From assembly GCA_964016885.1 (NCBI GenBank), contig OZ024741.1, positions 34,348,001 through 34,412,000 on the forward strand: DNA of 64,000 nucleotides, given 5' to 3'. The stretch comes from Eledone cirrhosa. Taxonomy: Eukaryota. The notes below the pieces were generated by a model. That model worked only from the letters and a program-made list of their open reading frames with translations, ran no database searches and was not told the origin of the DNA. Made by a program: the position numbers and the translations under genes. Shown here in pieces: positions 1 through 64,000 of the stretch (positions within the stretch are counted from its first letter, which is position 1; each line of letters opens with the position of its first letter).

Positions 1-1140
1 TGGAGACTTCTGGTGTCCTTAGCCTTAGGACCACCTCCAGCACAGAGTTAGCTACACAATGGCTTCCATCTATAGATAGATACATCTGAAGAGAGTTGGT
101 AGGTAGCCAATATTGTATCATTAGTATGTTGATTGATAGATATTCTGTCAATCTTCAATTGTAGCCATCTCAAAAGAACCGGCAAAGGTCAGAAGCACTA
201 CATCTCATGGCCAAGTCCTCCTCTCCCTCTCCTAAAAAACGAGAAATAAATAAAAACATTGGATAAATGGAAGTTTTTGTAATGTAATCTCTAAAAGACT
301 TACAGAGAAGCTGGACTTCATTTATTAATTAGCAGGATTCATTTACTGATAACAAAGAAGTATTAATTACCAACTGAGAAACAAAGTGGAAAATGATAGT
401 GTCATTTAGAGGAGTGACTTAAGTTGATACAGTTTTCAAATAAAATATACAATTCACAAAGTATTATAGAGATAGTTAGAATGATATGAATGATGGTTTC
501 TGATGTAGGCACAAGGCCAGCAATTTTTTTTGGGGGGGAGGGTAAAATCAATTAAATCAACCCCAGTGAGTGACTGGTATTTTATTTTATTGACCCTGTA
601 AAGATAAAAGGCAAAGCTAACCTTGGTGGGATTAGAATTCAGAACATAAATAAATGGCTCTACTGATTATGCCAATCCTTGTTTCCACTTTTGGCACAAG
701 GCCAGCAATTACCCAGTGCATTACTGGTACTTTATTTTATCGACCTCGTAAGGATGACAGGCAAAGTTAACCTCGGCGGGATTTGAACTCGGATCGTAAA
801 AGCCCGTAACTCCATGCTGCAAACCATGGTGTCCGACCCTCTAACGATACTGCCAATCCACCGATGGTAATAATGATAGCAAGTATCATCACCCTAATGA
901 TGACTATTAGATGAAACTTAAGGGTCAGTCCACTTCATAGTCTCGGCAGACAGTACAGAGAAGACATTGTCCTAGAGGATGGCGAGGGAAATGTGCTGGA
1001 ACAGCCATTCCACTTCGTGGGGCTTGCACTTGTGGGTAGTCAACTGTGTCCCAATAGCAGTATGTAGGGACGTGGTTCAGGGGTCAAGAATGCCAGGACT
1101 CACATATATATAAACATACATATATATATATATATATATG

Positions 1141-1830
1141 TAAAGTTATGTTGGTGCCGCGCCATCCGGGCCGAAACAAATGAGATCGTGTAGGTGTCAC
1201 GACAAAAAAACACACAGTCCACGCTGTAATGTGGCCGTGTAGGCAACACGGTAAAAACCTCCCAGACCCACACTGTAAATGTGGTTGGTGTTAGGAAGGG
1301 CATCCAACTGTAGAAAACCTGCCAGACAGTCCTATGCGAGCAAGACAATCACTCTTGCCTCAAGTGGGACTACCCCCGTCCAAACCCATGCAAGCGTGGA
1401 ACACGGACGTTAAACGTTGATGATGATGATGATGATGATATATAAAGTAAAACCTACTACAGTCAGTAGGCATCTCTATCAAAACACACCCCCGTCCCAC
1501 CACCCCCACCCATCCACACCACCCCTTCCAATGTAAAGTTATGTTGGTGCCACAACATCCAGGCCGAAACAAATGAGATCGTGTAGGTGTCACGACAAAA
1601 AAAACACACAGTCCACGCTGTAATGTGGCCGTGTAGGCAACACGGTAAAAACCTCCCAGCTCCACACTGTAAATGTGGTTGGTGTTAGGAAGGGCATCCA
1701 GCTGTAGAAAACCCACCAGACAGTCCTATGCGAGCAAGACAACCACTCTTGCCTCAAGTGGGAAAACTCCCGTCCAAACCCATGCAAGCGTGGAACACGG
1801 ACGTTAAACGATGATGATGATGATGATGAT
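1141..1830 (+). mobile_element. Two tandem RTE 3'UTR-derived repeats (1141-1440, 1447-1830); further copies at 2460-2725 (+) and 47580-47970 (-)
   Basis: Shared gtgttaggaagggcatccaactgtagaaaac...cggacgttaaacg(atg)n. Confidence 0.85.
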
Positions 1831-2426
1831 ATATATATATGTATATATATGTTCATTCTGTCATTACTAACACAGAGGTCTGACGAGCTTTTGAGTCGGG
1901 CCAAATCGATACAGATCGAACCTTGAGCTGATCAGTAGCAAAACGCGCATCACCAACCAATAAATGTAATGAAGGATTAACCATAGGGTCAGACATGCTT
2001 TCCAGCGTAGTTACGTCCCTTTACGATCTGAGTTCAAATCCCGCCGAGGTTAACTTTGCCTTTCATCCTTATGAGGTCAATAAAATATAGTACCAGTAAT
2101 GTACTGGGTAATTGCTGGCCTTGTGCCAAAAGTAGAAACAATTATATTATTATCGGTAGAGGGTCAGACGCCATGCTTTGACGCATAGAGTTACGGCCCT
2201 TGTTATTCTGAGTTCAAATTCCGCTGAGGTTAACTTTGCTTTTCATCCTTACGGGGTCAGTAAAATAAAGTACCAGTAATGCACTGAGTAACTGCTGGCC
2301 TTGTGCCAAATGTAGAAGCAGTTATTATAATTACACTCTGTTTAGCTGTACACCTCAATACCGACGTGAACCTAAACATCGAGTGCTCACCTGGGTCAAC
2401 CTACAGTAACTTCATGTTACACTCCC

Positions 2427-2461
<35 letters not shown>

Positions 2462-4575
2462 TGTTAGGAAGGGCATCCAACTGTAGAAAACCTGCCAGAC
2501 AGTCCACGCTGTAATGTGGCCGTGTAGGCAACACGGTAAAAACCTCCCAGCCCCACACTGTAAATGTGGTTGGTGTTAGGAAGGGCATCCAACTGTAGAA
2601 AACCCGCCAGACAGTCCTATGCGAGCAAGACAACCACTCTTGCCTCAAGTGGGAAAACTCCCGTCCAAACCCATGCAAGCATGGAATACGGACGTTAAAC
2701 GATGATGATGATGATGATGATGATGAGTCCCATGTTCAATCAGGGGTTACCACAGCATGTACAACAAAATTTAATATAGAAATGGCTTCTACAGGACTAG
2801 AACTGTTTCATTCGAAGGAAATCATCAAGAAAGCTTTCCTGATGATTTCCTTTGAATAAAACAGTTCTAGTCCTGTAGAAGTCATTTCTATATTAAATGT
2901 TGTTATGTGTGTATGTATATATATATATATTTGTATAGATACACACACACACACACACACACACGTACACCCTGTGTGTATGTATACATGTATATGCATA
3001 TATGTTATGCTGTGTGTGTGAGAGACTTGTGCTTTAATGTACATTTAGTCACATGTTCATCTAAGTCCATGTCAGGCAAGGATTGATTGATTAACTGTAA
3101 AGCAGTTGTGACCCACATTTTTATGGTGACTCCCTAAAGAGAGTGTGTCCTGTTACAGAACAGCTGTATGTGCCCTGTAATAGCAAAGGAAAGCTGAGAC
3201 TAGGAAGTTGTTTAGTAACAGGGGTGTGTGTGCTCCTGCTGTAATCCCTCCTACTATCCCACTCTCTCCCTAAACATTGCGCTATATAGTGGATGGAGGA
3301 AGGGGATTAAACAGCATTTTTAGGCTTCTTTCTCTAGTGTGTTTGGAATTGACACATGCATATATATATATATGTGTGTGTATATGTATATATACATACA
3401 CACACACATACGTGAGGGAGTTCTTTACCCCTTAAGCAAGTTTGTTCATTGCATAAATATTTCACATAATAAACAGGATAGGAGAAAAATATATTAAATA
3501 ATGGAAAACATTGAAGTGAGGGGCCGACTCTATGCCCAAGGTTAGGTGGTGTAGCCCAGTAGACAAAATGGTGAAAACTTTGCCTCGGAAAACAGCCGGT
3601 GACACCCACTGTATCAGCCATTCCACAGTATGAGGTTTTTTCATCAGACTGAATGCATTCCTCTCAATTTTGTGGAGTAAAATGGCTGTTTGGGTACTTG
3701 GGACACCAGAGATCTCGATGGTGACCAGTACTAAAAAGGAGTAGATGGTTAAGTCTCAATATTTGGACATCTTCTGCTCCTCTGCATTGTAGTCCTCGGT
3801 TTTGTGGCTGAAGCAACATGGTTGGAGCTGGAGAACATGTCACAGCATGCGGTGTCTCAATAAAGATTTACCTCTCTTGAATGAGAAAACAATTATCTCA
3901 TCAGCACATTTACTCTTGTATACCCTCTTAGTGATGGCAGTCATTCATGTCTGGAAACCGCTTGTTGAATATAAAGCCAGTCAGTTCATCTTTAGCATTC
4001 AACTATTTCCTTTAACCATTTACCATTTACATAATTATGGAGGCACATGGCTTAGTGGTTAGAGCATTGGCCTTGCAATCGAAAGGTTGTGAGTTCAATT
4101 CTCAGACCAGGTGATGTGTTGTTTCCTTGAGCAAGACACTTTATTTCACATTGCTCCAGTTTACTCAGCTGTAGAAATGAGATGATAGGACTGGGATCCC
4201 TATCATTCCACTGCAAAGTGGTCGTGGAGGTGCCACAGCAAAAAGCACCCAGCACTCACTGGAAAGTGACCGTGTAGGCGCCACAGAAAAAAAGCACCCA
4301 GCACTCACTGTAAATGAGGTTGGTGTTAGGAAGGGCATCCAGTTGTAGAAATCAAGCCAGAATCAGTTCCCGTCCCACCCTTGCAAGCAGGGAAAAGCGG
4401 ACGTAAAATGATGATGATAACTCTATATATACTATTGTATATATGGTAAAGGCTTTACTACACATAATTATCTCGCATAATATCGAATCTATGAGATTTT
4501 GATATTATTTATTTTGAGAACAATAGCTTAACATTAGTACGAGCGGCCAGTTACAGCCGGTTTGAACAGAAAGTA

Positions 4576-5558
4576 GTTATTGCTGTTGTTACTGTTGTAG
4601 TTACTGTTGTAGTTATTGTTGTTGTTACTGTTGTAGTTACTGTTGTTGTTACTGTTGTAGTTATTGTTGTAGTTACTGTTGTTGTTACTGTTGTAGTTAT
4701 TGTTGTAGTTACTGTTGTAGTTATTGTTGTAGTTACTGTTGTAGTTATTGTTGTTGTTACTGTTGTAGTTACTGTTGTAGTTATTGTTGTAGTTACTGTT
4801 GTAGTTACTGTTGTAGTTACTGTTGTAGTTATTGTTGTAGTTATTGTTGTTGTTACTGTTGTAGTTATTGTTGTAGTTACTGTTGTAGTTACTGTTGTAG
4901 TTATTGTTGTAGTTACTGTTGTAGTTATTGTTGTAGTTATTGTTGTAGTTACTGTTGTAGTTACTGTTGTTGTTACTGTTGTAGTTATTGTTGTAGTTAC
5001 TGTTGTTGTTACTGTTGTAGTTATTGTTGTAGTTATTGTTGTAGTTACTGTTGTAGTTACTGTTGTAGTTATTGTTGTAGTTACTGTTGTAGTTATTGTT
5101 GTAGTTATTGTTGTAGTTACTGTTGTAGTTACTGTTGTAGTTATTGTTGTAGTTATTGTTGTAGTTACTGTTGTTGTTACTGTTGTAGTTATTGTTGTAG
5201 TTACTGTTGTAGTTACTGTTGTAGTTATTGTTGTAGTTATTGTTGTAGTTATTGTTGTTGTTACTGTTGTAGTTATTGTTGTAGTTACTGTTGTAGTTAC
5301 TGTTGTAGTTATTGTTGTAGTTATTGTTGTTGTTACTGTTGTAGTTATTGTTGTAGTTACTGTTGTTGTTACTGTTGTAGTTATTGTTGTAGTTACTGTT
5401 GTTGTTACTGTTGTAGTTATTGTTGTTGTTACTGTTGTAGTTATTGTTGTTGTTACTGTTGTAGTTGCTGTTGTTGTTATTGTTGTAGTTATTGTTGTAA
5501 TTATTGTTGTTGTTATTGTTGTTGTTATTGTTGTAGTTACTGTTGTAGTTATTGTTGT
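4576..5558. repeat. 12-bp minisatellite (GTTAYTGTTGTW)n, ~80 copies
   Basis: Direct reading of tandem units gttactgttgta / gttattgttgta / gttactgttgtt. Confidence 0.95.
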
Positions 5559-6160
5559 ATCAGTAGTAGTATAGTAGTTGCTTTATATACATTGGTATTA
5601 AATATATTAGTTATTTCTAATCATTCTATACATGTCTGTTACATATCCTAGTGGTAAGGATGTTGGAGTTACGATCATAATGTTATGGGTTCCATTCCCG
5701 GTTTTGTGTTCTTTAGCAAAACACTTCATTTCACATTGTTCCAGTATACACAGCTGAAAATGACTATCAGCAATAGCTGGGAGTTTAACCCTATGATGGA
5801 CTGGCATCCTGGCCATGGTTGGGTGAGTCTTGTACTCTCAGTAGCTTCACACCACAAAACCAGGATAAGCACCAGCCTGACAAGCCATCTAGCTTGACAC
5901 AGACTTTAGACTTTGAGACATTACATAAACCAGTGAAGTTTAATGCATTGTTTCAGATGTACCCCAGGTACAATATACCATGTACCACACAGTCTACTAT
6001 TGATAACTTGGATTGTGATATCAGTCAGTAAAATAGTTGCATGTAACCTAAATACAAGATACTCTAACAATTTACACATAGACCATATAGGGTGCAGGGT
6101 ACTGCAACACTTGTATATGCCATGTATTGTGGTACTGCAGTAAATGCATGTACACTGATG

Positions 6161-6191
<31 letters not shown>

Positions 6192-6216
6192 ATTATTAGG
6201 GCTAAATAGTGAGTCA

Positions 6217-6260
6217 TGTTACTCTGGAGTTTCACCTGCTTCTCACAGGGTCATCAGACA
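6217..6260 (-). ncRNA. Putative type-I hammerhead ribozyme (Penelope pLTR-like) in left arm of palindrome 6183-6347
   Basis: Minus strand: TGT-CTGATGA-C CCTG tgagaag CAGG T-GAAA-CTC ca GAG-TA|ACA. Confidence 0.6.
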
Positions 6261-7001
6261 AACAAGCTCTTGTCTGGTGACCCTGTGATAAACAGGCAAA
6301 ACTACAGAGTACAAGACTCACTTTTTAGCCTTAATAATATTGAATATTAAAACTCTACTTTCGTATTTAGTACTTCATTCTCTCAGCTGTCAACCACATA
6401 TGATTATATATATATAATATATAATCATCACCATTTAACATCCATTTTTCCATGCTAGTGTGGGTTAGATGAGTTGCCTCGTTTGGAGACAACTCATCTA
6501 ACCCATGGATGACCATGTCTTGCTTATACAGAAGTGGTTTTGACAACCTATCTACAGAGGAAGCTCAACAGAGATCTATTTTGCTGAAACATTGTGGCCA
6601 TGTTGCTAAAATATGGAGAAATCAAATTATAGAGTACTCTGTTTTTAAGATAAACTTGTTCAATGTCAATCTGCCCCAAACTGCCTCTACTGTCATGGAA
6701 CACAGCCACCTGTTTTAAACATTTCTGGTTTAAATTTCAACATAATTTTATATTAGAAACTTGTGTTATGTTAGAAATAACATCTTAATGATTGAAATAA
6801 ATTCAAATACAGTGTATTTTATTAGAAATATGTTAATGGAAGGGTTGAATTATTTTGTCTTATTTGTGGTCTTCTATCACCAAATCAGTACCCTATATAT
6901 CTGCATGTGTGTGTGTGTGTGTGTGTGTACATATGCACACCAAAACTATATTGGGAATAAAAGGTCCAGTCACTCACCACTCCCTACTTTATACATTTCA
7001 G

Positions 7002-57726
<50,725 letters not shown>

Positions 57727-57757
57727 TTGATGTATACAGTTCAAACTACATAGATAT

Positions 57758-57789
<32 letters not shown>

Positions 57790-57920
57790 GGCCATATATA
57801 CACATACAAACATATATATATATATACATATATGTGTATGTGTGTTTTTATACATGCGTGTGTGTGTGTGTGTATATATAATATAATATAATATATATAT
57901 ATATATAAATATATATATAT

Positions 57921-57956
<36 letters not shown>

Positions 57957-58355
57957 TCTATATATTATATTTATATATATATATGAAATATATATGTGCA
58001 TGTGTGTGTTCATGGACAAAAACACACTTGCACGGTAACACACACACACACTCACACACTAAGCAATCATCTTCTCTGTTACTGAAAGAAAAGAAAAGAA
58101 ACAAAGAGTCAGACTTTCTTGCTTTCCTTTCTTTGTTTGTTTTCTGTGTGTTTGTTTTTTTTTTGGAGACCATTTTTAATAGAGCACAACAACAACAACA
58201 ACATCAACATTTCATTGTATTCTCTCTGTAATGTACTTCAATGTGGGTCAGGACACACATCCTTATCCTCTCAGTAGGATATATACTTGCCATTTTCCCC
58301 ACCATTCCCAATACACACACACACACATATATACATATATACACACACACATAAA

Positions 58356-58386
<31 letters not shown>

Positions 58387-59079
58387 TATATGTATATATT
58401 GATACACACAGGCAGTGAATTGGCAGAGTCATTAGAATGTCAGATAGAATGTCTTTGTGGTATTCGTTCTGACACTCTGCTCTCTGAGTTCAACTCCCTC
58501 TGAGGTCAACTTTGCCTTTCATCCAATTTAAGGTCGATAAAAAAAGTACCAGTCAAATACTGGGTCGGTTCTTCCCCAATATCTCTCTCTCACTTCCATT
58601 CTCTCACTCTCTCTATCCTTCTGTGGAAGAAATCTGCTGTATTCAGACCTGGAGAGGGATGGGCTCCACCAGGTTTTAAAATGTGCCCTAGAAACGCTGT
58701 ATGTCAACATGGCGCCCCTATGACTCCCTCGGGAGTTACGGGTCCATACATACATACATATTGATACACAATCATAAAGATATATATATATATATATATA
58801 GAAAGAGAGAAACATATACATGCATATATCGCTACATATGTACACACATAAATGCACACACATACACAAACACACATATGTGTATGAAACAGTCTCATGT
58901 TTGAAATGTATTGAGTTGGAAACTTTCCGTTAACCGAGATTATCCTTACAATTAGAAAACAAGATCTCCCTTGCAAGGATGTTTCAAGATCTAAAAACAA
59001 AACAAACACTCCAACAAACAAGGGATATAATTCCAACCATTTCAATTAATCCAAGTGGTGCCACATGTATGTGTGTATG

Positions 59080-59130
<51 letters not shown>

Positions 59131-59899
59131 GTGTGTGAGTTTGTGTTGTGTATGTATATGTGACAACATATGTACACAGACAAACATATAATCATTCGTG
59201 TACAGTGTTGTGTACACCCATTTGTTTATAAATCAGTATTTGCATGTATGTGTACATGTGTGTGCCCTCCCCTCTCATCCTACTCCTCCCTACCTTCTTA
59301 TAAGATATTGGTGTTTTTGTTTGTTTTGTTTTTTTGTGTTGCCAAAATGAATGGAAGATAAATAATTAAAAAAACTGAAAAGAAAAAGGAAGTTAAAAAA
59401 AAAGCCAAACACGACAAAATCATGTTTTAGAGACGAGATTTTCAGTTGGAAAAGTTTCAGGTTCAAATAGACTGTGTTCCTTGTCATGTCAACAGCTGTA
59501 TAAAAGGTTTTATGAGTTCACTTGAACTGGAGATCAAATCCTACAATCACACATACACACACACACATATACACACATACACACACACATATATGTATGT
59601 AATGTGTGTATATACCAGTTTAGAAGATTATCAATAATTAAGGTGTAAACAGCGACCAGCACTCTATTTCAATTTCATTTGGTTTACAAGTCTGGAGATT
59701 GTGGCTATTCCTTGAGTCTAGCTGAAACTGTTGGGCATTCAACAGTGCATAACATGTGCATGACATAATCAAATATAAATCAGGCTGTTACTGAAACAAG
59801 CATAACACAATAAATGAATGGTACATTTAACAGTTTCCTTGTTTAATCTTATATATATAGAATGTTCCCTGAAACACTGAGCAATACAATCTCAAAAAC

Positions 59900-59930
<31 letters not shown>

Positions 59931-60146
59931 TATGCAGGCATAAATACATTAATTCACACATGTATCTACATACATGCACAACACACACTCACACATATTT
60001 ATATATATATATATTTATAAACACAGATACATACATATATACATAGGTTCACTGAAAAAAATGGACAGGTGCTTATAAAAATACACATACACAAACACAG
60101 ATATATATATCCATACATGCATAAAAACATACATACATGTGTGTGA

Positions 60147-60182
<36 letters not shown>

Positions 60183-60240
60183 CAGTGGAAAAATGGACAG
60201 GTGCTCATTAAGATGCACATACTTATCATACATATAAATA

Positions 60241-60272
<32 letters not shown>

Positions 60273-62110
60273 CATGCATATACACACTCTCACATGTATA
60301 TATATACACACGTGTGTATGGAACTGATATATATGTGTGTACTAACTTAAATCTCCATGTCCAATGTAGTCCGATCATTGTGTGTATTAAGTATTTTTCA
60401 CTGGGGGAGGGGTATCCCCACCCTCATTATGTGGGTGGATGTGGGGTCGGTGGTTAAAGGTAAGTTTGACCTGACTTCAGGTCAGGTCAGGTCAGTCACA
60501 TGTCACTGCCACTAGTCATGTGACTATTTTTTAACTATATATATATAGATATATATATATACACACACACACATACACATTCACAAAGGTGTGTGTGTGC
60601 ACGCATATTTATATACATATGCATTTATATATATGTATATACATACATGCACATGCATCTATACATGTGTATATATAGTATATGTATATGTATATGCACA
60701 CACAGACGTGTGCGTGAAAAAGAGAGTATGTATACACAGTGTATATATATATATTTGCTCTGAAGAGTGGCAGGCGTGTTTTATGTTTTGTGTGGGCAGG
60801 GTAGTATTACAGAAGGAGGAAGAGGGACAAAGGGTGTGATGCGGGTGTGGTTTGGCTGAGGTTGAGTAGAGACTCATGGACAGATAGATAAACTGGAGAA
60901 AAAGGGGTGGTTTTGGTGGTCCTCAGGCATGGGGAGGGGGTCTCACAACCATACCCCACCCAATTCTTCTCTCACCCCCCCCCCCCCCCCCCCTCCCTCC
61001 TGCCTCCACAATATGGAGCTTGGCTGATCCAGATCAGACATATAGACTGAACAGTAAAATGTTAAAGAAAGGATAAAGAAGAGGAAAAACAAGGGTTGTG
61101 ATTATATTCAGTTTGTTATTGTTTTCCTCTATTATGGTGTGTCTATGTGTGTATATCATTCAACAGCCATAGCTTTCCACAGTTCTGTGTCTGGATCTCC
61201 TCCATTGCTTTCTAAGATGTATCTATAGGTAGTCCAGTTGTTTGATCAACTGGATTACCTATTCATTGAATGATAGCTTAAAGTGGCTGAGTATTCCACA
61301 GACACGTGTACTCTTAGTGTAATCCTCTGGTAGAATCAGCATGGTATAGTGTGTGCCATGGCTAGACAACCTTTGAATTACAGGTACAGTCCATCCATAC
61401 AACTTGAACAGCTTCCATCAACCCAATTTCACAAGTCTTGGGTTGACTTGAGACTCTGCTCAAAATAATCACTTGTCCAAGGGCTAAACAAACTTCTTAA
61501 CCATTCTAATCTGTGTTCACATTTTAATATACACACACACTCTATATAGAGTGTGTTCTTTTTTTAGGGGGCAGATGTTATCACCTGGTTAGCCATCTCT
61601 CTTCCTCCCCCACTGCCCTTAATTAACGACATACACATATACACAGTCGCTGCAATCAACACAATCTCTCTACCTACCAAACCCCACCATCGCCTCCATA
61701 CAGAAAGGTATAAACACTGCCTACATTTTTATCAATTTATTAGTATTATCAAAGCAAACCAAATGTTTTTTTTCATTTTAGACTGTTCCATTAAAAAACT
61801 ATTTTGTCTGGTTGGGTCCATTAAAATACCAACCCTATACACTAACCTATTACTTTCCTCAAGTCCTTTAATGAGTCAAAATTTCTCAATTTTCATCTAT
61901 ATTTCCTGAGTCTACCTATTAAGTCATCAGCCCTTAAATTTCTACCATGTTCTGCTGTATAGCATTAATCAAAAATAAGAAGTGATTATATTTCTTTTAA
62001 GAACATATTGGCAAGGAATTCCTTACAATTACAGTTCTTTTGCTCTGGGTTCAGATCCCTCTGAGTTCGACTTTGCCCTTCATCCTTCCAAAGTCAATAG
62101 AATATAATAC

Positions 62111-62417
62111 TATTGGGCTGAGCTTAACCCTTTCCCCTCATGTTTGTGCTTTGTACTTTAGGTTAGAAGTTATTTATGGCAACAGACTACTGGGCTGAGC
62201 TTAACCCTTCCCCCTCATGTTTGTGCTTTGTACCTAGGTTAGAAGTTATTTATGGCAACAGACTACTGGGCTGAGCTTAACCCTTTCCCCTCAAGTTTGT
62301 GCTTTGTACTTTAGGTTAGAAGTTATTTATGGCAACAGACTACTGGGCTGAGCTTAACCCTTCCCCCTCATGTTTGTGCTTTGTACCTAGGTTAGAAGTT
62401 ATTTATGGTAACAGACT
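62111..62417. repeat. 77/76-bp tandem repeat, 4 copies (153-bp dimer)
   Basis: tgggctgagcttaaccc at 62114, 62191, 62267, 62344; alternating tactttagg/tacctagg. Confidence 0.92.
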
Positions 62418-64000
62418 ATAAGACTCGTAAAGTTGCAGTCAGTATTTTCTTACTGTTCTTTATATTCTGACTTCTAATCCTGCCAAATTCAACTTTGCCC
62501 CCTCTCGCATCTCTACAGGATTGATAAAATAAGTACCAGTCATATACTGGGATCAACTCAATAGTAATGCCAATTATTATTGTTATTAATATTGACAAAT
62601 GGTACATTGGATAGGAATATTCTTGTAGATCTGAATCATGTCATCTCCTTCACCCCCATTTCTGAGGCTCTTGGTAAAGGCATGAACAACATAACATCTC
62701 CCTTTGATTGAATATCTAAATTCAAAATCTCTGCTGTCTATCCATGTCTGCAGTTATCATCATCGTCATCATCATAAACATTACTATATCACCATCATTA
62801 ATCTAAATCAGAAACCATTATTATCACCATCACCATTATCATTATCACCACCACCATCAACATCACTACCACCACTACTGCCATCATCATCATCATTACT
62901 ATTCTCTATTATTGATGTTGCTAATGCCTCAAGGATAGTCATGAAAGTCTTCACATCCTTCTGTGTATTAACTCTAAGGCTTCCCTAATTAACAAACTAA
63001 TTATGATTAATAATAATAATAGGGCAGTGGCTAAACAATTGATTCACTAATTAGTTTCCACCCCCACCACTTCTTCTTAGTTTAAGTCATGCTTGGGATT
63101 CTCACACTGCCTTTCCTTTTTATCCTGGAGTGTCTAGATACAATGGATACCAGTCATATACTGTGTTTGAGAAGGCAAGAACACCATGCACCACTTACAT
63201 CTATGTAGTTACTTGAGCTGCAAGGAAAAGCAGCCAAATCTCTCTTGTATCACAAAGAACACAGTAAATAATATAGTCTTAGATACACTAGTGCTTCAAA
63301 AACAAAGCAAAACCCCAAAATAGGCAAGTTGGTCACAGCTGGAATGGTGAGAGTTACTACATCATTCCCTATTACAAACATTGGCATTCTACTGAGTAAA
63401 AATGAAAATAAGGGCTGTGGATTGACAGTATCAGTAGAGTATCAGACATTATACTTTACGACACAGAGTTACGGCCCTTTACGATCTGAATTTGAATCCT
63501 GCCGAGGTTAACTTTGCCTTTCATCCTTACAGTCATAAGGATAAAATAAAGTACCAGTAATGCATTGGGGTCAATTTAATCAACTTTTCCCCCTCCCAAA
63601 ATTGTTGACCTTGTGCCTAAATCTGAAACCATTATTATTATCATGTTATAAAAAGGAGAGTCGAGAAGTATAATATAGTGGAAGAAGAAGAGGGAAAGAG
63701 AGAGAATAAGGGTTAACTAACAACTGAAGTGTAGAACTCTGAGTGGGTGAGGTTGGAAAGTGTGGAGGTATTACTACTTACTTGACTTGTGGTGGTGTTC
63801 ATCTGGGAGGGGTTAAGCCAGCTCCATTGAAGGAATTCATGGTGTAAGTTCATTTCAGTGTAGTTTCTTCAGGTGTTTGGTTTCACAAGTGGTGCCCATC
63901 CACAAGTATATCTACTTTAGGATAGTGCAATCTAAGCATTACATTGGTTATAGTGCTGAGCTCTCGTTTTCACACAACTCAATTTGGTGGAGCCAGTCTG

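Noticed and set aside
3560-3655. Minus-strand CTGATGA followed by a stem; similar weak motifs at 47345-47372 and 54160-54185
   Set aside because: No correctly placed GAAA/NUH, or the core is too degenerate to call a hammerhead.
4038-4110. Possible tRNA genes at SINE heads
   Set aside because: They continue into a SINE core and tail in multiple copies, with no proper cloverleaf.
57727-60000. Polyadenylation site of the MRL gene
   Set aside because: Several AATAAA hexamers occur in AT-rich sequence; none can be singled out without transcript data.

Overview
AT-rich eukaryotic genomic DNA, dense in microsatellites and SINEs. The repeat landscape suggests a coleoid cephalopod such as Octopus (inference). 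One protein-coding gene is supported, on the + strand: an MRL-family adaptor (Lamellipodin/RAPH1, RIAM/APBB1IP, Pico, MIG-10 type). Eight exons between 7002 and 57726 splice in frame to about 1113 aa, covering the coiled coil, RA domain, PH domain and an 848-aa Pro-rich last exon; the N-terminus lies upstream or was not recognised. The 29-kb first visible intron holds a 4.1-kb array of 154-bp higher-order repeats and a 14.1-kb 21/18-bp minisatellite with a 4673-bp internal duplication. The huge ORFs there are repeat artefacts. The introns also carry tRNA-derived SINEs, RTE/CR1/CRE LINE fragments, a non-autonomous Helitron and mariner/pogo/piggyBac-type MITEs. The most interesting signal is a set of intronic palindromes and hairpins containing type-I hammerhead ribozyme motifs of the Penelope pseudo-LTR kind. 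Intact catalytic cores were found only antisense to the host gene, while sense-strand copies are mutated or deleted. Inverted LINE/SINE pairs could also form long dsRNA around an exon.
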